Source: Longimicrobiales bacterium (lineage in GTDB: Bacteria; Gemmatimonadota; Gemmatimonadetes; Longimicrobiales; Gaopeijiaceae). Taken from it: a DNA stretch of 64,000 nt. The position numbers were made by a program, and so were the translations under genes. Below, piece after piece: positions 11,867-21,795 of the stretch. The stretch is taken from the NCBI GenBank assembly GCA_965249725.1, contig CBDFMQ010000002.1, positions 896,001-960,000 on the forward strand, written 5' to 3'. The stretch's first letter is position 1, and each line of letters begins with the position of its first letter. The notes beneath the pieces were generated by a model that was given only the letters and a program-made list of their open reading frames with translations, had not been told where the DNA came from and did not search any database.

Positions 11867-14419
11867 GTGGCCAAGGACAAGCGACCGGGCGATTCCGTCA
11901 CAGCTTCTGATCGTCATTCAGATCCGGGAGTCGAGATCCCCGCATGGCTCCCGCCGGTCCTCTACGGCGTGGCCACGCTTTTTCTGTTTCGGTCGTTCGT
12001 GTTCTCCGACGCAATGCTGTTCGGATCGGACACCGCCAGCTTGGGCTATATGGCGCGCGAGTTCTACGCGAACGCGGTGAAAGGGGGAGGGGGGTTCCCG
12101 TTGTGGAACCCGATCATCCTCGGGGGCACGCCGTTCATCGAATCGCTCGCGGGTGGGGATTCGCTCTACCCCCCGAGCGCGATTCTCCTCTTCCTGATGA
12201 GTCCACATCGGGCCTTGGGGTGGAAGTTGATCTGGCACGTGTTCTTCGCCGGTCTCTTCATGTACGGGTGGATCCGTTGCCTGGGCCTCTCCCGGGCCTC
12301 GGCGATGCTGGCCGGGTTGGCCTATAGTCTGGCGCCGTTCATGGTGTCGCTGGTTCATGGGGGGCAGGACGGGAAGATCTTCGTCATGTCGCTCACGCCC
12401 TTGATGTTCTGGGCCACCGAGTCGTTCTTCCGCCGACCGAATTCAGCTCGCTTCGCGGCTCTCAGTCTCGTGATCGGTGGCATCATCCTCACGACCCATT
12501 TCCAGACGGCGTACTTCCTGTTCGGTGGGGTGGGCGCGTACGCGCTGTTCCGCACCCTACAGATCTGGCGGCAGGGTGACGGAGGAAAGGGCGCGGAAGG
12601 GAGCGGGGACGAATCCACTCCTCCTGTAGAGAGTGGAGGCGGTAGCCGTAGAGCCCTGGTCCGGTTCGGCGCGTTCATGATCGCCGCTGTGCTCGGAGCC
12701 GGGATCGCAGCCGTTCAACTCGTGCCCGCCAGTTCCTACGTAGTCGACCACTCCCGGAGAACGTCCACGACGACCCAGGCGGAGGGTGAAGAGGCCATCG
12801 CCTACTCCAGTTCCTGGTCGCTCCATCCCGAAGAGATCGTCGGACTGGTCGTCCCCGAGTTCGTGGGCGTATCGGAAGCCGAGGCGGATTGGGCCCGGGG
12901 GACCTACTGGGGCCGCAACGTCTTCAAGGGCAACCACGAGTACGGCGGTCTGGTGGTCCTCCTACTGGCAGCGGTCTCCTTTTTCGGCGCCCCCCGAAGG
13001 CACCTGAGGTACTTCCTGGCCGGTCTGGGAGGCTTCGCCCTCCTCTTCTGCCTCGGCGGCCACACGCCCGTCTGGAGGCTCACGTACGAGTTGATCCCCG
13101 GGATTTCGCTCTTTCGAGCGCCCTCCCTCGCGATCTTCATCTTCGGCTTCAGCACCGCGACACTCGCGGCGTTCGGGGTCGAACGTCTGCTTCACCTTTC
13201 CAGAGAGGGCAGTGAAGCCGAATGGACTCGCCCCGGACGGTTCCTGTGGCTCGCCACCGGGGTGCTCGTTCTGGGCCTGCTTCTGGCGGCCGCGGGCACT
13301 CTCACCGACCTGTGGACCGGCGTGATGTACCGGGACATCCCGGAGAGATCGGTCGAGGTTCTCGGTGCCGCCCAACCCTTCATCCTCAGAGGGTTCATGG
13401 TGGCGGTCCTCCTGGCCACTGCCACCGCCGGTGTCGCCTGGGGTCTCAGAACCGCCCGGCTGGCCCCCTTGGGCGCGGTCACGGTGTTGGTGTTCTTGAT
13501 TGGAGGGGATCTAATCCGCGTCGACACGGCCTTCATTCGGAGCACCGACTTCGAGCTCTTTCGAGGGGCGGACCCGAACATCGACATGCTGCTCGAGCGG
13601 CAACGCACCGAAGAGCCCTTTCGGGTCTTCTCCATTGGTCAGAGCCTCAACGGACAGGACGTGCGCCCCGGCATGTTCGGCCTCGAGCTGGCGGCCGGGC
13701 ATCATCCCAACGACCTGGCACGGTATCGCGACCTGATCGGGATGGTGGGGAGCAGCCTTCCGATCAACTTGGTGAGTTCCGCCAACGTCCTGCGGATCCT
13801 CAACGTACGGTACATCCTGTGGCCTGATCGGCTGGGCACGCCCGAGGACCAGGAACTGCCGGCACCCATTACCGACAACTTGGAGTTGATCAGCCAAACG
13901 ACGATCGGAGGCCGCCCCTACGAGTCGGTGTACCGCTTTACCGATCTTCCCAGGGCGCGACTCGTGGGTGAGGCCGTGGTGCTCCCGGATGACCAGGCCG
14001 TGCCCTTCATGCTCAGCGGGAGTTTCGATCCGGCTATGCAGGTGGTCTTGGACGCGCCGCCCCCTATCGAGTTATCGGGCGGCGCCATTGAGGGGGGGGT
14101 GGAGTGGGTCGAGCGTGGCAACAACAGCATGCGGCTTCAGGTGACCGCCGACCGAGCAGGGCTTCTGGTGCTGGCCGACAATTGGTTCCCGGCGTGGCGC
14201 GCGCGCGTCGATGGCGGTGACGTCCCCGTCCTCCGTGCGAACCACACACTCCGCGCGGTACCCGTCACGGCCGGCGTCCACGAAGTGGAGCTGTTCTACG
14301 CCTCACCACAACTCAGGTGGAGCCTCCAGCTCACCGTACTGAGTCTGCTATTGGTGTCGGCGCCGCCCTGCGTGCGATGGCTTCGAACCCGGAGCGGACG
14401 AGGAGCCCTCTCCCCGTGA
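11867..14419 (+). CDS. YfhO-like multi-TM membrane glycosyltransferase (GT-C-like)
   Basis: PLWNP..LGGTPF, many TM segments, C-terminal GLLVLADNWFPAWRARVDG..RANHTLRAVPV.AG.H; GTG start after GAGGAG. Confidence 0.85.
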   Translation: MAKDKRPGDSVTASDRHSDPGVEIPAWLPPVLYGVATLFLFRSFVFSDAMLFGSDTASLGYMAREFYANAVKGGGGFPLWNPIILGGTPFIESLAGGDSLYPPSAILLFLMSPHRALGWKLIWHVFFAGLFMYGWIRCLGLSRASAMLAGLAYSLAPFMVSLVHGGQDGKIFVMSLTPLMFWATESFFRRPNSARFAALSLVIGGIILTTHFQTAYFLFGGVGAYALFRTLQIWRQGDGGKGAEGSGDESTPPVESGGGSRRALVRFGAFMIAAVLGAGIAAVQLVPASSYVVDHSRRTSTTTQAEGEEAIAYSSSWSLHPEEIVGLVVPEFVGVSEAEADWARGTYWGRNVFKGNHEYGGLVVLLLAAVSFFGAPRRHLRYFLAGLGGFALLFCLGGHTPVWRLTYELIPGISLFRAPSLAIFIFGFSTATLAAFGVERLLHLSREGSEAEWTRPGRFLWLATGVLVLGLLLAAAGTLTDLWTGVMYRDIPERSVEVLGAAQPFILRGFMVAVLLATATAGVAWGLRTARLAPLGAVTVLVFLIGGDLIRVDTAFIRSTDFELFRGADPNIDMLLERQRTEEPFRVFSIGQSLNGQDVRPGMFGLELAAGHHPNDLARYRDLIGMVGSSLPINLVSSANVLRILNVRYILWPDRLGTPEDQELPAPITDNLELISQTTIGGRPYESVYRFTDLPRARLVGEAVVLPDDQAVPFMLSGSFDPAMQVVLDAPPPIELSGGAIEGGVEWVERGNNSMRLQVTADRAGLLVLADNWFPAWRARVDGGDVPVLRANHTLRAVPVTAGVHEVELFYASPQLRWSLQLTVLSLLLVSAPPCVRWLRTRSGRGALSP

Positions 14420-15363
14420 AGACGATCGGCGTGCGAGTCGGTCAGATCGTCCTCACGGTCATCGTCACCTGGTTCATTCTGGACCGTGTAGGCGTCGATC
14501 TGGCGGCCCTCGGCGCCGTGGACCCGGCGGAGTGGAGCCCCAACCCTCTCGTTTTGGCTCTTTCGTGTGTCGTGCTGCTCTCGGGCTACCTCCTTTCGGC
14601 TGGGCTTTGGGGACGGATCGTGCGCGACTTGGGCGGTCCCGCGCTGCCCATGTGGACCGCGATGCGGCTCTTCATGGTCGCGAACCTGGGCCGATACGTA
14701 CCCGGCAAAGTGTGGCAGATCGCCGGGTTGGCGTACATGGCAAAGGGACAAGGGGTCTCCGGAGGAGTCGCGACTGGGGCGGCGGTCCTGGGGCAGGGGG
14801 TGGCCCTGCTGGCGGCCTCACTGATCGGTGTCGGGACCCTGTTCGGGCCCAACGAGGCCTGGCGGCGATTCGGATGGGCGGGACTCGTCTTCGGGATCAC
14901 GTTCGCGGTTGTCATCGTGGCCGTGGTCACCGTCCCGTCGCTCTTCCGGCGCCTCATCGGAATCTGGTGTCGTCTGACCCGCACCGTCCCGCCGGAGGAC
15001 CCTCACGATGCAGGCAACGTCGGCCTCCGCTGGCTCGCCCTGTACGTGCTGAATTGGGGGATCTACGCGACGGCATTTTGGTTACTTTACCTCAGCTTCG
15101 GGGAATGGAAGACGTTCCTGCAGATCGGGCCCGCGTTCGCCGCCGCATATGTCGCGGGTTATCTGGCCGTCTTCGCACCCGCGGGAGCGGGCATACGAGA
15201 GGGGTTCCTCGTCGTTCTGCTGCAGCCGACCATGAGCGGGGAGGCCGCGCTGGTAGTCGCGTTGGTGGCACGGGTCTGGACCACTGCGGTGGAGCTCGCG
15301 CCTGCGGCGATCTTCGCCGCGATGCACACTCGATCCTCCAACTCTGAACAGAGCCCAAGGTGA
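14416..15363 (+). CDS. Lysylphosphatidylglycerol-synthase-type flippase-like membrane protein
   Basis: NLGRYVPGKVW, APAGAGIRE, multiple TM; GTG start overlapping upstream stop. Confidence 0.8.
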   Translation: MKTIGVRVGQIVLTVIVTWFILDRVGVDLAALGAVDPAEWSPNPLVLALSCVVLLSGYLLSAGLWGRIVRDLGGPALPMWTAMRLFMVANLGRYVPGKVWQIAGLAYMAKGQGVSGGVATGAAVLGQGVALLAASLIGVGTLFGPNEAWRRFGWAGLVFGITFAVVIVAVVTVPSLFRRLIGIWCRLTRTVPPEDPHDAGNVGLRWLALYVLNWGIYATAFWLLYLSFGEWKTFLQIGPAFAAAYVAGYLAVFAPAGAGIREGFLVVLLQPTMSGEAALVVALVARVWTTAVELAPAAIFAAMHTRSSNSEQSPR

Positions 15364-16091
15364 TGGACCCGACCGCACGCATCCTCGTGGTGATCCCCAC
15401 GTACAACGAGGCAGACAACCTGCTTCGGATCGTGCCGCTCGTGTTGAATCAGGACTCTCGGATCGACGTCTTGGTCGTCGACGACGACTCCCCGGACGGT
15501 ACCGGTGACTTGGCGGATGATCTCGCCGAGGAGTTGGACCGGGTCCATGTCCTTCACCGATCGGGGAAGCAGGGGTTGGGGAAGGCCTACCTGGAGGGCT
15601 TCGAGTGGGGCCTCAGTCGAGAGTATGCTCTCCTGATCGAGATGGACGCGGACTTCTCGCACGACCCCGACGCATTGCCCGAGTTCATCGAGAAAGCGCG
15701 TGACTTCGATGTGGTCCTGGGGTCGCGCTATGTGGGAGGACACGTGACGGTGATCAACTGGCCGATGAGTCGCCTGCTCATCAGCTACTTCGGCAGTCGC
15801 TACGCCCGCATCGTCACCGGCCTGCCCGTACGCGATGCCACCGGTGGGTTCAACTGTTGGCGGCGGGAGGTGCTGGAAGCTCTGGACTTCGATCGGATCG
15901 AGTCGAACGGATACACGTTCCAGATCGAGCTGAAGCTCAGGGCATGGCGTCGCGGTTTCTCCCTGACCGAGATCCCCATCATCTTCGCGGAACGCGATTC
16001 GGGCGAGTCGAAGATGTCGAAGAAGATCGTGGTCGAGGCGGTCTGGAAGGTCTGGAAATTCCGCCTGCTCCAGCTCTTCGGTCGTCTGTAG
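15360..16091 (+). CDS. Polyprenol monophosphomannose synthase-like GT2 (Dpm1/Ppm1 family)
   Basis: IPTYNE, DDDSPDGTG, EMDADFSH, GSRY, DATGGF, GYTFQIE, GESKMS. Confidence 0.9.
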   Translation: MMDPTARILVVIPTYNEADNLLRIVPLVLNQDSRIDVLVVDDDSPDGTGDLADDLAEELDRVHVLHRSGKQGLGKAYLEGFEWGLSREYALLIEMDADFSHDPDALPEFIEKARDFDVVLGSRYVGGHVTVINWPMSRLLISYFGSRYARIVTGLPVRDATGGFNCWRREVLEALDFDRIESNGYTFQIELKLRAWRRGFSLTEIPIIFAERDSGESKMSKKIVVEAVWKVWKFRLLQLFGRL

Positions 16092-16102
16092 CCGACCACT
16101 CC

Positions 16103-16780
16103 ATGCCGATCCAGCACCTCCTCTACCGATGTCCCCGGTGCGGCCACGACCCGATGACCGCGATTTCGCGGAGGGCTAGGTGCGATTCCTGTGGTACGAT
16201 CTTCGAGCAGGGCAGGGCCGGAGCCATCATCGTTCGTTCCGCTGACGGAAACGTGGAAGAGGCCTCCGTCGATGCGCTCATAGACGCGATCGACCGGTTC
16301 GGATCAGAAGATTCGGTAGGTGACCCGGTGGGTGGAGATCCGGTGGGTGAAGATCCGGTGGGTGAAGCTCCGGTGGGTGAAGCTCCGGTGGGTGAAGCGT
16401 TCCACGAAGCCCACGTAACGGTAGGCTGCGGGAACCGGCACGAGGCGGTGTGGTGGAAGAACCGGGTCCTCGGCTTCTTCGAACGGATCACCGACCGGCG
16501 TGACGGAGTCCTCCGGCTCGATGGGAGTGGCGTGACACTCACCTCGCCCGGACGTCAGCCTCTGGTCTGGAATCTGGAGAGCATCAGTGCGATTCAGATC
16601 AGCTCGAAGGCGATCCAACTGAACATCCGGGACACCGGGCTCCAACAGATGGAATTTCGGAGCGACTCGCCGAAGCGCTGGGACGATCTGTTGAAGGCGG
16701 CCTTGAGCCGATTCTACGGGGCACGCGGTCTCGAGGTGGTCGAGTTTCAACCGCGCGTCGTAACGAGACGGAAGCCGTGA
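16103..16780 (+). CDS. Hypothetical protein with Zn-ribbon (CPRC...CDSC) and internal 5-aa repeat
   Basis: ATG at 16103 in operon; stop overlaps the acyltransferase start. Confidence 0.7.
   Translation: MPIQHLLYRCPRCGHDPMTAISRRARCDSCGTIFEQGRAGAIIVRSADGNVEEASVDALIDAIDRFGSEDSVGDPVGGDPVGEDPVGEAPVGEAPVGEAFHEAHVTVGCGNRHEAVWWKNRVLGFFERITDRRDGVLRLDGSGVTLTSPGRQPLVWNLESISAIQISSKAIQLNIRDTGLQQMEFRSDSPKRWDDLLKAALSRFYGARGLEVVEFQPRVVTRRKP
16325..16399 (+). repeat. 15-bp intragenic tandem repeat x5 (PVGEA/D)
   Basis: ccggtgggtg(g/a)agNN units seen directly. Confidence 0.95.
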
Positions 16781-17406
16781 TTCTCTACCGTACTGCCCGT
16801 CTGATTGCCGGGGCCTACTTCAGGACCGTCATCAACCTCCGGTTCGAGGGGACCGAGAACATCCCCGCGGACGGAGCGTTCCTCATCGTGGTGAACCACC
16901 AGAGCAACCTCGATCCGCTCCTCGTACACACCTACTGTTCGCGCCTGGTTTTCACCCTGGCCAAGAGCTCCGCGTTTCGGCATCGCATCATGCGCTGGAT
17001 CGCGCCCCGGGTGGGCGCGTTCCCGACCCGTCGCTATCAGGTCGATCCACAGGCCGTGCGCGTGGCGCTCCGCTTCCTGGAAGAGGGAAGGGCCGTCGGG
17101 GTCTTCCCTGAGGGAGAGCGGTCCTGGGATGCCAAGCTGCAGAAGCTGCGCCCAGGTACCGTGCGCTTGATGCTCAAGGCCGGTGTCCCGGTGATTCCTT
17201 GCGGCATCGCCGGCACCTACGAGGTATGGCCCCGTTGGGGCAGGATGAACTGGTTCGGTTTCGGCCCGGGGCGCCCTCCCGTGACGATTCGGTACGGATC
17301 GCCCATCCACTTCGGTAAGCACGACGATCGGGCCAGCCGCGAGGCAGTGGTGTCGGAGGCCACCAGGCAGGTGGAGGAGGCCCTTCTGGGCCTGATGAAA
17401 CCGTGA
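16777..17406 (+). CDS. Lysophospholipid acyltransferase (PlsC family)
   Basis: NHQSNLD and FPEGERS motifs. Confidence 0.9.
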   Translation: MILYRTARLIAGAYFRTVINLRFEGTENIPADGAFLIVVNHQSNLDPLLVHTYCSRLVFTLAKSSAFRHRIMRWIAPRVGAFPTRRYQVDPQAVRVALRFLEEGRAVGVFPEGERSWDAKLQKLRPGTVRLMLKAGVPVIPCGIAGTYEVWPRWGRMNWFGFGPGRPPVTIRYGSPIHFGKHDDRASREAVVSEATRQVEEALLGLMKP

Positions 17407-18104
17407 GTGAAGATCGTATCGGGCGGGAATTCTATGACCGATCCGACTATTTCGAAGAAGGCACCGAGCACCTGCGTGATCTCGCGAGCCCGTTTCAGCA
17501 GTATCGGGTGAACAACGTTCTCCGGCTCTACGAACCGGGAAGAGACGAACGGGTGCTGGACCTCGGTTGCGGGTGGGGCACGTTCTGCTGGGCCTTGGCC
17601 CACCGGGTCCGCGAAATGGTCGGCCTGGACTTCAGTCAGAAGAGCGTCGACCTCTGTGAGGCCCGGCTCGGCGAATCCGGCCTCGACAACGTCTCGTTCC
17701 TCTGTGCCGATGCCCGCGACACATCACTCGAGGCAGAGAGCTTCGATCTCGTCATCGCCGCCGACTTGATGGAGCACCTCTATCCGGACGACAGTCAGGC
17801 TGTAATCGCGGAAGCCTACAGACTCTTGAAGCGGGGAGGACGACTGAGCATCTGGACGCCTCACCGCGGGCACATCCTCGAGGTGTTGAAGGCGCGCGAT
17901 CTGATCATCAAGCGAGATGTGAGCCATGTGGACTACAAATCCATGGAGGTTCTGAAGCACCTCCTCACCGAGGAGGGCTTTTTGGTCGAGAAGGCCTACT
18001 ACACGGAGTCGCACCTACCGGGACTGCGGTCCGTCGAGCGGGCCCTCTTGTCCTGGATTCCGCTCCTGAGACGACGCATCGGCGTGCTGGCTCGAAAGCC
18101 CTGA
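17403..18104 (+). CDS. Class I SAM-dependent methyltransferase
   Basis: VLDLGCGWG, GLDFS, FDLV, LKRGG. Confidence 0.9.
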   Translation: MSEDRIGREFYDRSDYFEEGTEHLRDLASPFQQYRVNNVLRLYEPGRDERVLDLGCGWGTFCWALAHRVREMVGLDFSQKSVDLCEARLGESGLDNVSFLCADARDTSLEAESFDLVIAADLMEHLYPDDSQAVIAEAYRLLKRGGRLSIWTPHRGHILEVLKARDLIIKRDVSHVDYKSMEVLKHLLTEEGFLVEKAYYTESHLPGLRSVERALLSWIPLLRRRIGVLARKP

Positions 18105-18144
18105 TCGTAGCACTTTCAGCCAACCCACGAGCCAGGAGCAGGAG

Positions 18145-18753
18145 ATGATCTCGCGCCGTACAGTCGTACGACGGATAGTAACATGGCGCCGAGGATCGCC
18201 GATGTCTTCAGTCGATAGCTGCCGACTGGCAGCCGGAGTGCTGCTCATCACGGCTCTACAGGCGTGTACGCTGGTAGGGACCGGTCCTATGGCGCCAAGG
18301 CCCGGAGGGCCCGCGGATACGCCAACGGGGGGCGTCCCGGACGCCATACCGAGGCCTGAAGTGAAGACACGGAGCGGAAACCCTGTTTCGTACGAGCAGG
18401 ATGGCAAGGAATACCGGGTGTTAGAGACCAGCCGTGGGTATCGGGAGGTCGCGATGGCGTCCTGGTACGGCCAAGCCTTCCAGGGACGCAGGACGTCGTC
18501 GGGTGAACCGTACGACATGTACAAGATGACCGCGGCCCATAAGACGTTGCCGCTGCCGACCTACGTGCGAGTGACGAACCTGGACAACGGGCGTAGTGTG
18601 GTCGTGAAGGTCAACGACCGAGGGCCGTTCATAGAGGGCCGGATCATCGATCTGTCGTATGTGGCTGCCCAGAGGCTCGATATGGTGGCGAGGGGAACGG
18701 CACGTGTCGAAGTGGTCGCCCTCGATCCGCCGGCCAGGGATCCGGGTCTCTAA
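18145..18753 (+). CDS. rlpA: Septal ring lytic transglycosylase RlpA family (true start probably ~18202)
   Basis: ASWYG, TAAHKTLPL, VNDRGPF..GRIIDLS; LQAC lipobox. Confidence 0.92.
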   Translation: MISRRTVVRRIVTWRRGSPMSSVDSCRLAAGVLLITALQACTLVGTGPMAPRPGGPADTPTGGVPDAIPRPEVKTRSGNPVSYEQDGKEYRVLETSRGYREVAMASWYGQAFQGRRTSSGEPYDMYKMTAAHKTLPLPTYVRVTNLDNGRSVVVKVNDRGPFIEGRIIDLSYVAAQRLDMVARGTARVEVVALDPPARDPGL

Positions 18754-18786
18754 TGCGAGAGAGAAGGTGGGTCCACTGAATCTCTT

Positions 18787-18814
18787 ACTTAACATAATAT
18801 ATATTATACGAACT
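18787..18814 (-). other. dif: XerCD dif chromosome-dimer resolution site
   Basis: Minus strand AGTTCGTATAA-TATATA-TTATGTTAAGT has the 11-6-11 dif layout; right arm differs from E. coli TTATGTTAAAT by one base; lies between convergent genes. Confidence 0.9.
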
Positions 18815-18895
18815 TGGCCCAAACGACCCGGAAAAGGCCGCAACCCCGTCATTTAAGGAAGATTCGGCCTCTTAGAGACTGTCTTTGGGGTCTGC

Positions 18896-19600
18896 TCAGC
18901 CCACGCCCTCTTCGACTCCACGCATCTCAGCGAGGCGGAGCTCATACAGTCCACGGGCCGGGTCATCGGCCTCGTACGTACCTAGAAGCCGCTCATACAG
19001 CTCTGCGGCCCCTGATACGTTCTGCTGGCGATGACGCACACGGGCGCCACCGGCTAGAGCATCCCTGATCTGGAAGTCGAGGTCGGCCGCGTCAGCAATC
19101 TCCAGATAGCGGCCCTCGGCATCCGCCCAGCGGCCTTGGTCCTCGTAAGCCCGCGCCAGAAGTGCGCTACCCTGGAGCCCCAACGCGTCGCGAACGGAGA
19201 GATCTCCGCGCTCGAGCACGCTGATGGCCACGGCGGCGTCACCGGCCTCCAAATGCAGGCGTCCGAGCACGACGACGGCCTCACGGGCCTCATTCGTGCC
19301 CTCGAACCGGTCCAAGAAGGTGCTGAGCTGTGCCTTGGCATCCTCGTAGGCGGAAATCGCGATGGACTGGTGGATCGACTCCCACTGGTTCATGGCCTGT
19401 ATGGCCACCGAACGCTGGAAGTTCACGTAGTACAGTCCGCCGGAGACGATCAGTGCCAAAACGACCCCACCGAGCACGAACACCTGCCGATTCGTGGCGG
19501 CCCACCTCGATAGGTCCATGACACCGGCGACGAACGCATCGTCCCGAGTCTCTGATGTGTGCGGTTGGCGACGCGACGCTGGGTGTTGACGCTTGGACAT
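18896..19600 (-). CDS. YfgM-like membrane-anchored TPR protein
   Basis: Single N-terminal TM followed by TPR-like helical repeats. Confidence 0.7.
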   Translation of the reverse strand: MSKRQHPASRRQPHTSETRDDAFVAGVMDLSRWAATNRQVFVLGGVVLALIVSGGLYYVNFQRSVAIQAMNQWESIHQSIAISAYEDAKAQLSTFLDRFEGTNEAREAVVVLGRLHLEAGDAAVAISVLERGDLSVRDALGLQGSALLARAYEDQGRWADAEGRYLEIADAADLDFQIRDALAGGARVRHRQQNVSGAAELYERLLGTYEADDPARGLYELRLAEMRGVEEGVG

Positions 19601-19670
19601 CGTGACTAATCCGACCTCGTTGGGAATTTCGCTAAAGGACTGGAAAACGTACCCTTAGCCCAAATTGAGG

Positions 19671-20366
19671 TCAACGGGTCGACCGCTTTCGTGGACGGCG
19701 GCGCGACGACTCGGAACCGGCTTTCCGCAAGGCGCCGGGCTTGGTGACGATCAAGGCTCGAGGACGCTGTCGCAGCACTCCCTCGTAGATCCAGTCGTTG
19801 ATCGCGGTGGTGACGGTGGATCGGTGCGCCCCGGCCAGGTCCGCGAGCTCCTGATGCGTGAACCAGTGCTCCAGGCGGATACACCGCCCGTCGTCGTCCC
19901 CGAGGCGGTACGCGAGATCCAGGAGGACATCGGCGATACGAGCCTTGGACGAAGAGCCCGACGAACCCGCGATGCGCCGGGCCTCACGCAGGTCCCGGTC
20001 GTACGTGGACAAGAACGTCCCCAGGGTCTTGGGCGACCCTCTCAGGGCCTTGAACACCGCCACCCCGCTCAAGGACAGAATCGTGCTTGCGGAGCCGGCC
20101 ACGGCCGCATACCGGCGGGGCACATCCGTGGTCACCGCCTCCTCACCGAACAACTCCCCCGGGCCGGCGACCGCCACCGTGCGCTCGGTTTCCTCTCCCG
20201 TGCGCGGCAGCGTCAGCCGGACGTGACCCTCCTGAACGAGGAAGACGGCGTCCGCCTGCTCGCCACGACCGAAGATGGAGTGACCCTTTCGGTAGACCGA
20301 CGGCGTGGCCGCCTTGATCAACCGGTTCAGCTTTCGATCCCGCCGTGGGATCACCTTGAGTGGCAT
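19671..20366 (-). CDS. Crp/Fnr family transcriptional regulator
   Basis: cNMP-binding pattern (GELFGE, R..A), HTH THQELADLAGAHRSTVT. Confidence 0.92.
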   Translation of the reverse strand: MPLKVIPRRDRKLNRLIKAATPSVYRKGHSIFGRGEQADAVFLVQEGHVRLTLPRTGEETERTVAVAGPGELFGEEAVTTDVPRRYAAVAGSASTILSLSGVAVFKALRGSPKTLGTFLSTYDRDLREARRIAGSSGSSSKARIADVLLDLAYRLGDDDGRCIRLEHWFTHQELADLAGAHRSTVTTAINDWIYEGVLRQRPRALIVTKPGALRKAGSESSRRRPRKRSTR

Positions 20367-20376
20367 GTTTCCCTTT

Positions 20377-21591
20377 CTAAGCCCGATGCGCCCACCGGTG
20401 AGACCGGAGGGTCGGATGGAACGCCAAGACAGTACCGATCAACAACACTGGAATCGAGATCAAAGCCGCAGAACGCGCATCCATGAGATCTCCGAGGACC
20501 CCGGTCCCCAGAACAGCGACGGATCCGGCCGCCCAAGCCAAGCCCATGACGATCCCCGATCCCACCGCGGTGCTCTCCGGCACGATCTCCTGGGCCATCA
20601 CCACGATGGGCGGCAGCAGGGCCATATTGAGGAATCCCGAGGCCGCCGCAAAGACCAGCGCTGAAGGTGAGGCCGCGGGGAGCCAGATCGCCAGCATATG
20701 AGCGGGCACGGCCAGAGCGGTAATCCAAGCAAGCAGCCGTACTCGATCTACCCGATCGGACAACATGCCACCCGTGATCGTCCCCGCTCCCTGACAGCCC
20801 AGGTAGATACTCAAGGTCACCGCGCCCATGGCTTCGGAAACCCCCGCATCGGAGGCGATGATGGGCATCATGGTCATGAACACGCGCTGAACGAAGGCCG
20901 CCAGTGTGCTTATGGCGAAGATCACACCCAGCGGTCCCCTGAGGCTGGCCAGGACCTCACCGGGGGTGGGTGGGGCCGCCGTAGAGGGATGGGGACGATC
21001 GGCCGGTAGCACTCGAATAAGAACCACCGTAGCGATGAGCGCCGGGAAGATCGCCATCCAGAGCCCCCTCATGCCGGCGAACGATACCAGGGCGACCGCC
21101 GTCAACGGACCGAAGGCATAGCCCATCGTACCGCCAAAGGAGAACAGCGAGAGCCGGAGACCACTCCCCTTCCCCTCCGAGACTCTCGCGGACATGGCCG
21201 CCGCCGGTGGATGGAAGACGGCGCTCCCCATACCTCCCAAGACCAGGAGCACGATCAATATCTCGAAGCTGGGCGCGAATCCGATCAGCGAGAGGAAGAC
21301 ACCCGAAAGGAGGGGGCCTGCGATGACGAAGGGCTTGCGTCCATAGCGATCGGCCCAGTATCCCACGAGAGGCTGCAGCAGCGACGCGGCCAACGAGAGG
21401 GCCATCACCAGGGACGCCGCCATCGTGATGGAAAGCCCCAGGTTGTCCATGATTCTGGGGAGAAGCGGATGCAGGAACGAGGCGTACGCGTCGTTCAGCG
21501 CGTGGGAGACACCAACGGCCAAAGCGACACCTCCGGCCCCACTTCCGAATCTACGAATCTTGCGAGATTCCTCGGCGCTGGTGACGTGCAT
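20377..21591 (-). CDS. MFS transporter (Fsr/YfnC-like)
   Basis: SHALND, QPLVGYWADRYGRK, GSAVFHP, about 12 TM. Confidence 0.9.
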   Translation of the reverse strand: MHVTSAEESRKIRRFGSGAGGVALAVGVSHALNDAYASFLHPLLPRIMDNLGLSITMAASLVMALSLAASLLQPLVGYWADRYGRKPFVIAGPLLSGVFLSLIGFAPSFEILIVLLVLGGMGSAVFHPPAAAMSARVSEGKGSGLRLSLFSFGGTMGYAFGPLTAVALVSFAGMRGLWMAIFPALIATVVLIRVLPADRPHPSTAAPPTPGEVLASLRGPLGVIFAISTLAAFVQRVFMTMMPIIASDAGVSEAMGAVTLSIYLGCQGAGTITGGMLSDRVDRVRLLAWITALAVPAHMLAIWLPAASPSALVFAAASGFLNMALLPPIVVMAQEIVPESTAVGSGIVMGLAWAAGSVAVLGTGVLGDLMDARSAALISIPVLLIGTVLAFHPTLRSHRWAHRA

Positions 21592-21795
21592 CCGGGGAGC
21601 TTACAGGTCGAGGTTGATGCGCGCTACCGGGTCCTCGGGGCGTCTTCGGCCCACCGATCAGATCCTGGCTGAGCGCGCCCCGCAGCCCTATCCTCCTCGT
21701 CATCGGGCGGAGCTCGGGTGTCCACGTGCTCCGACCCGTCGACGCATCAACTGTGAAGCGTCACTGAAGATCATTTCTGCAGGCCGGGGAAACGC

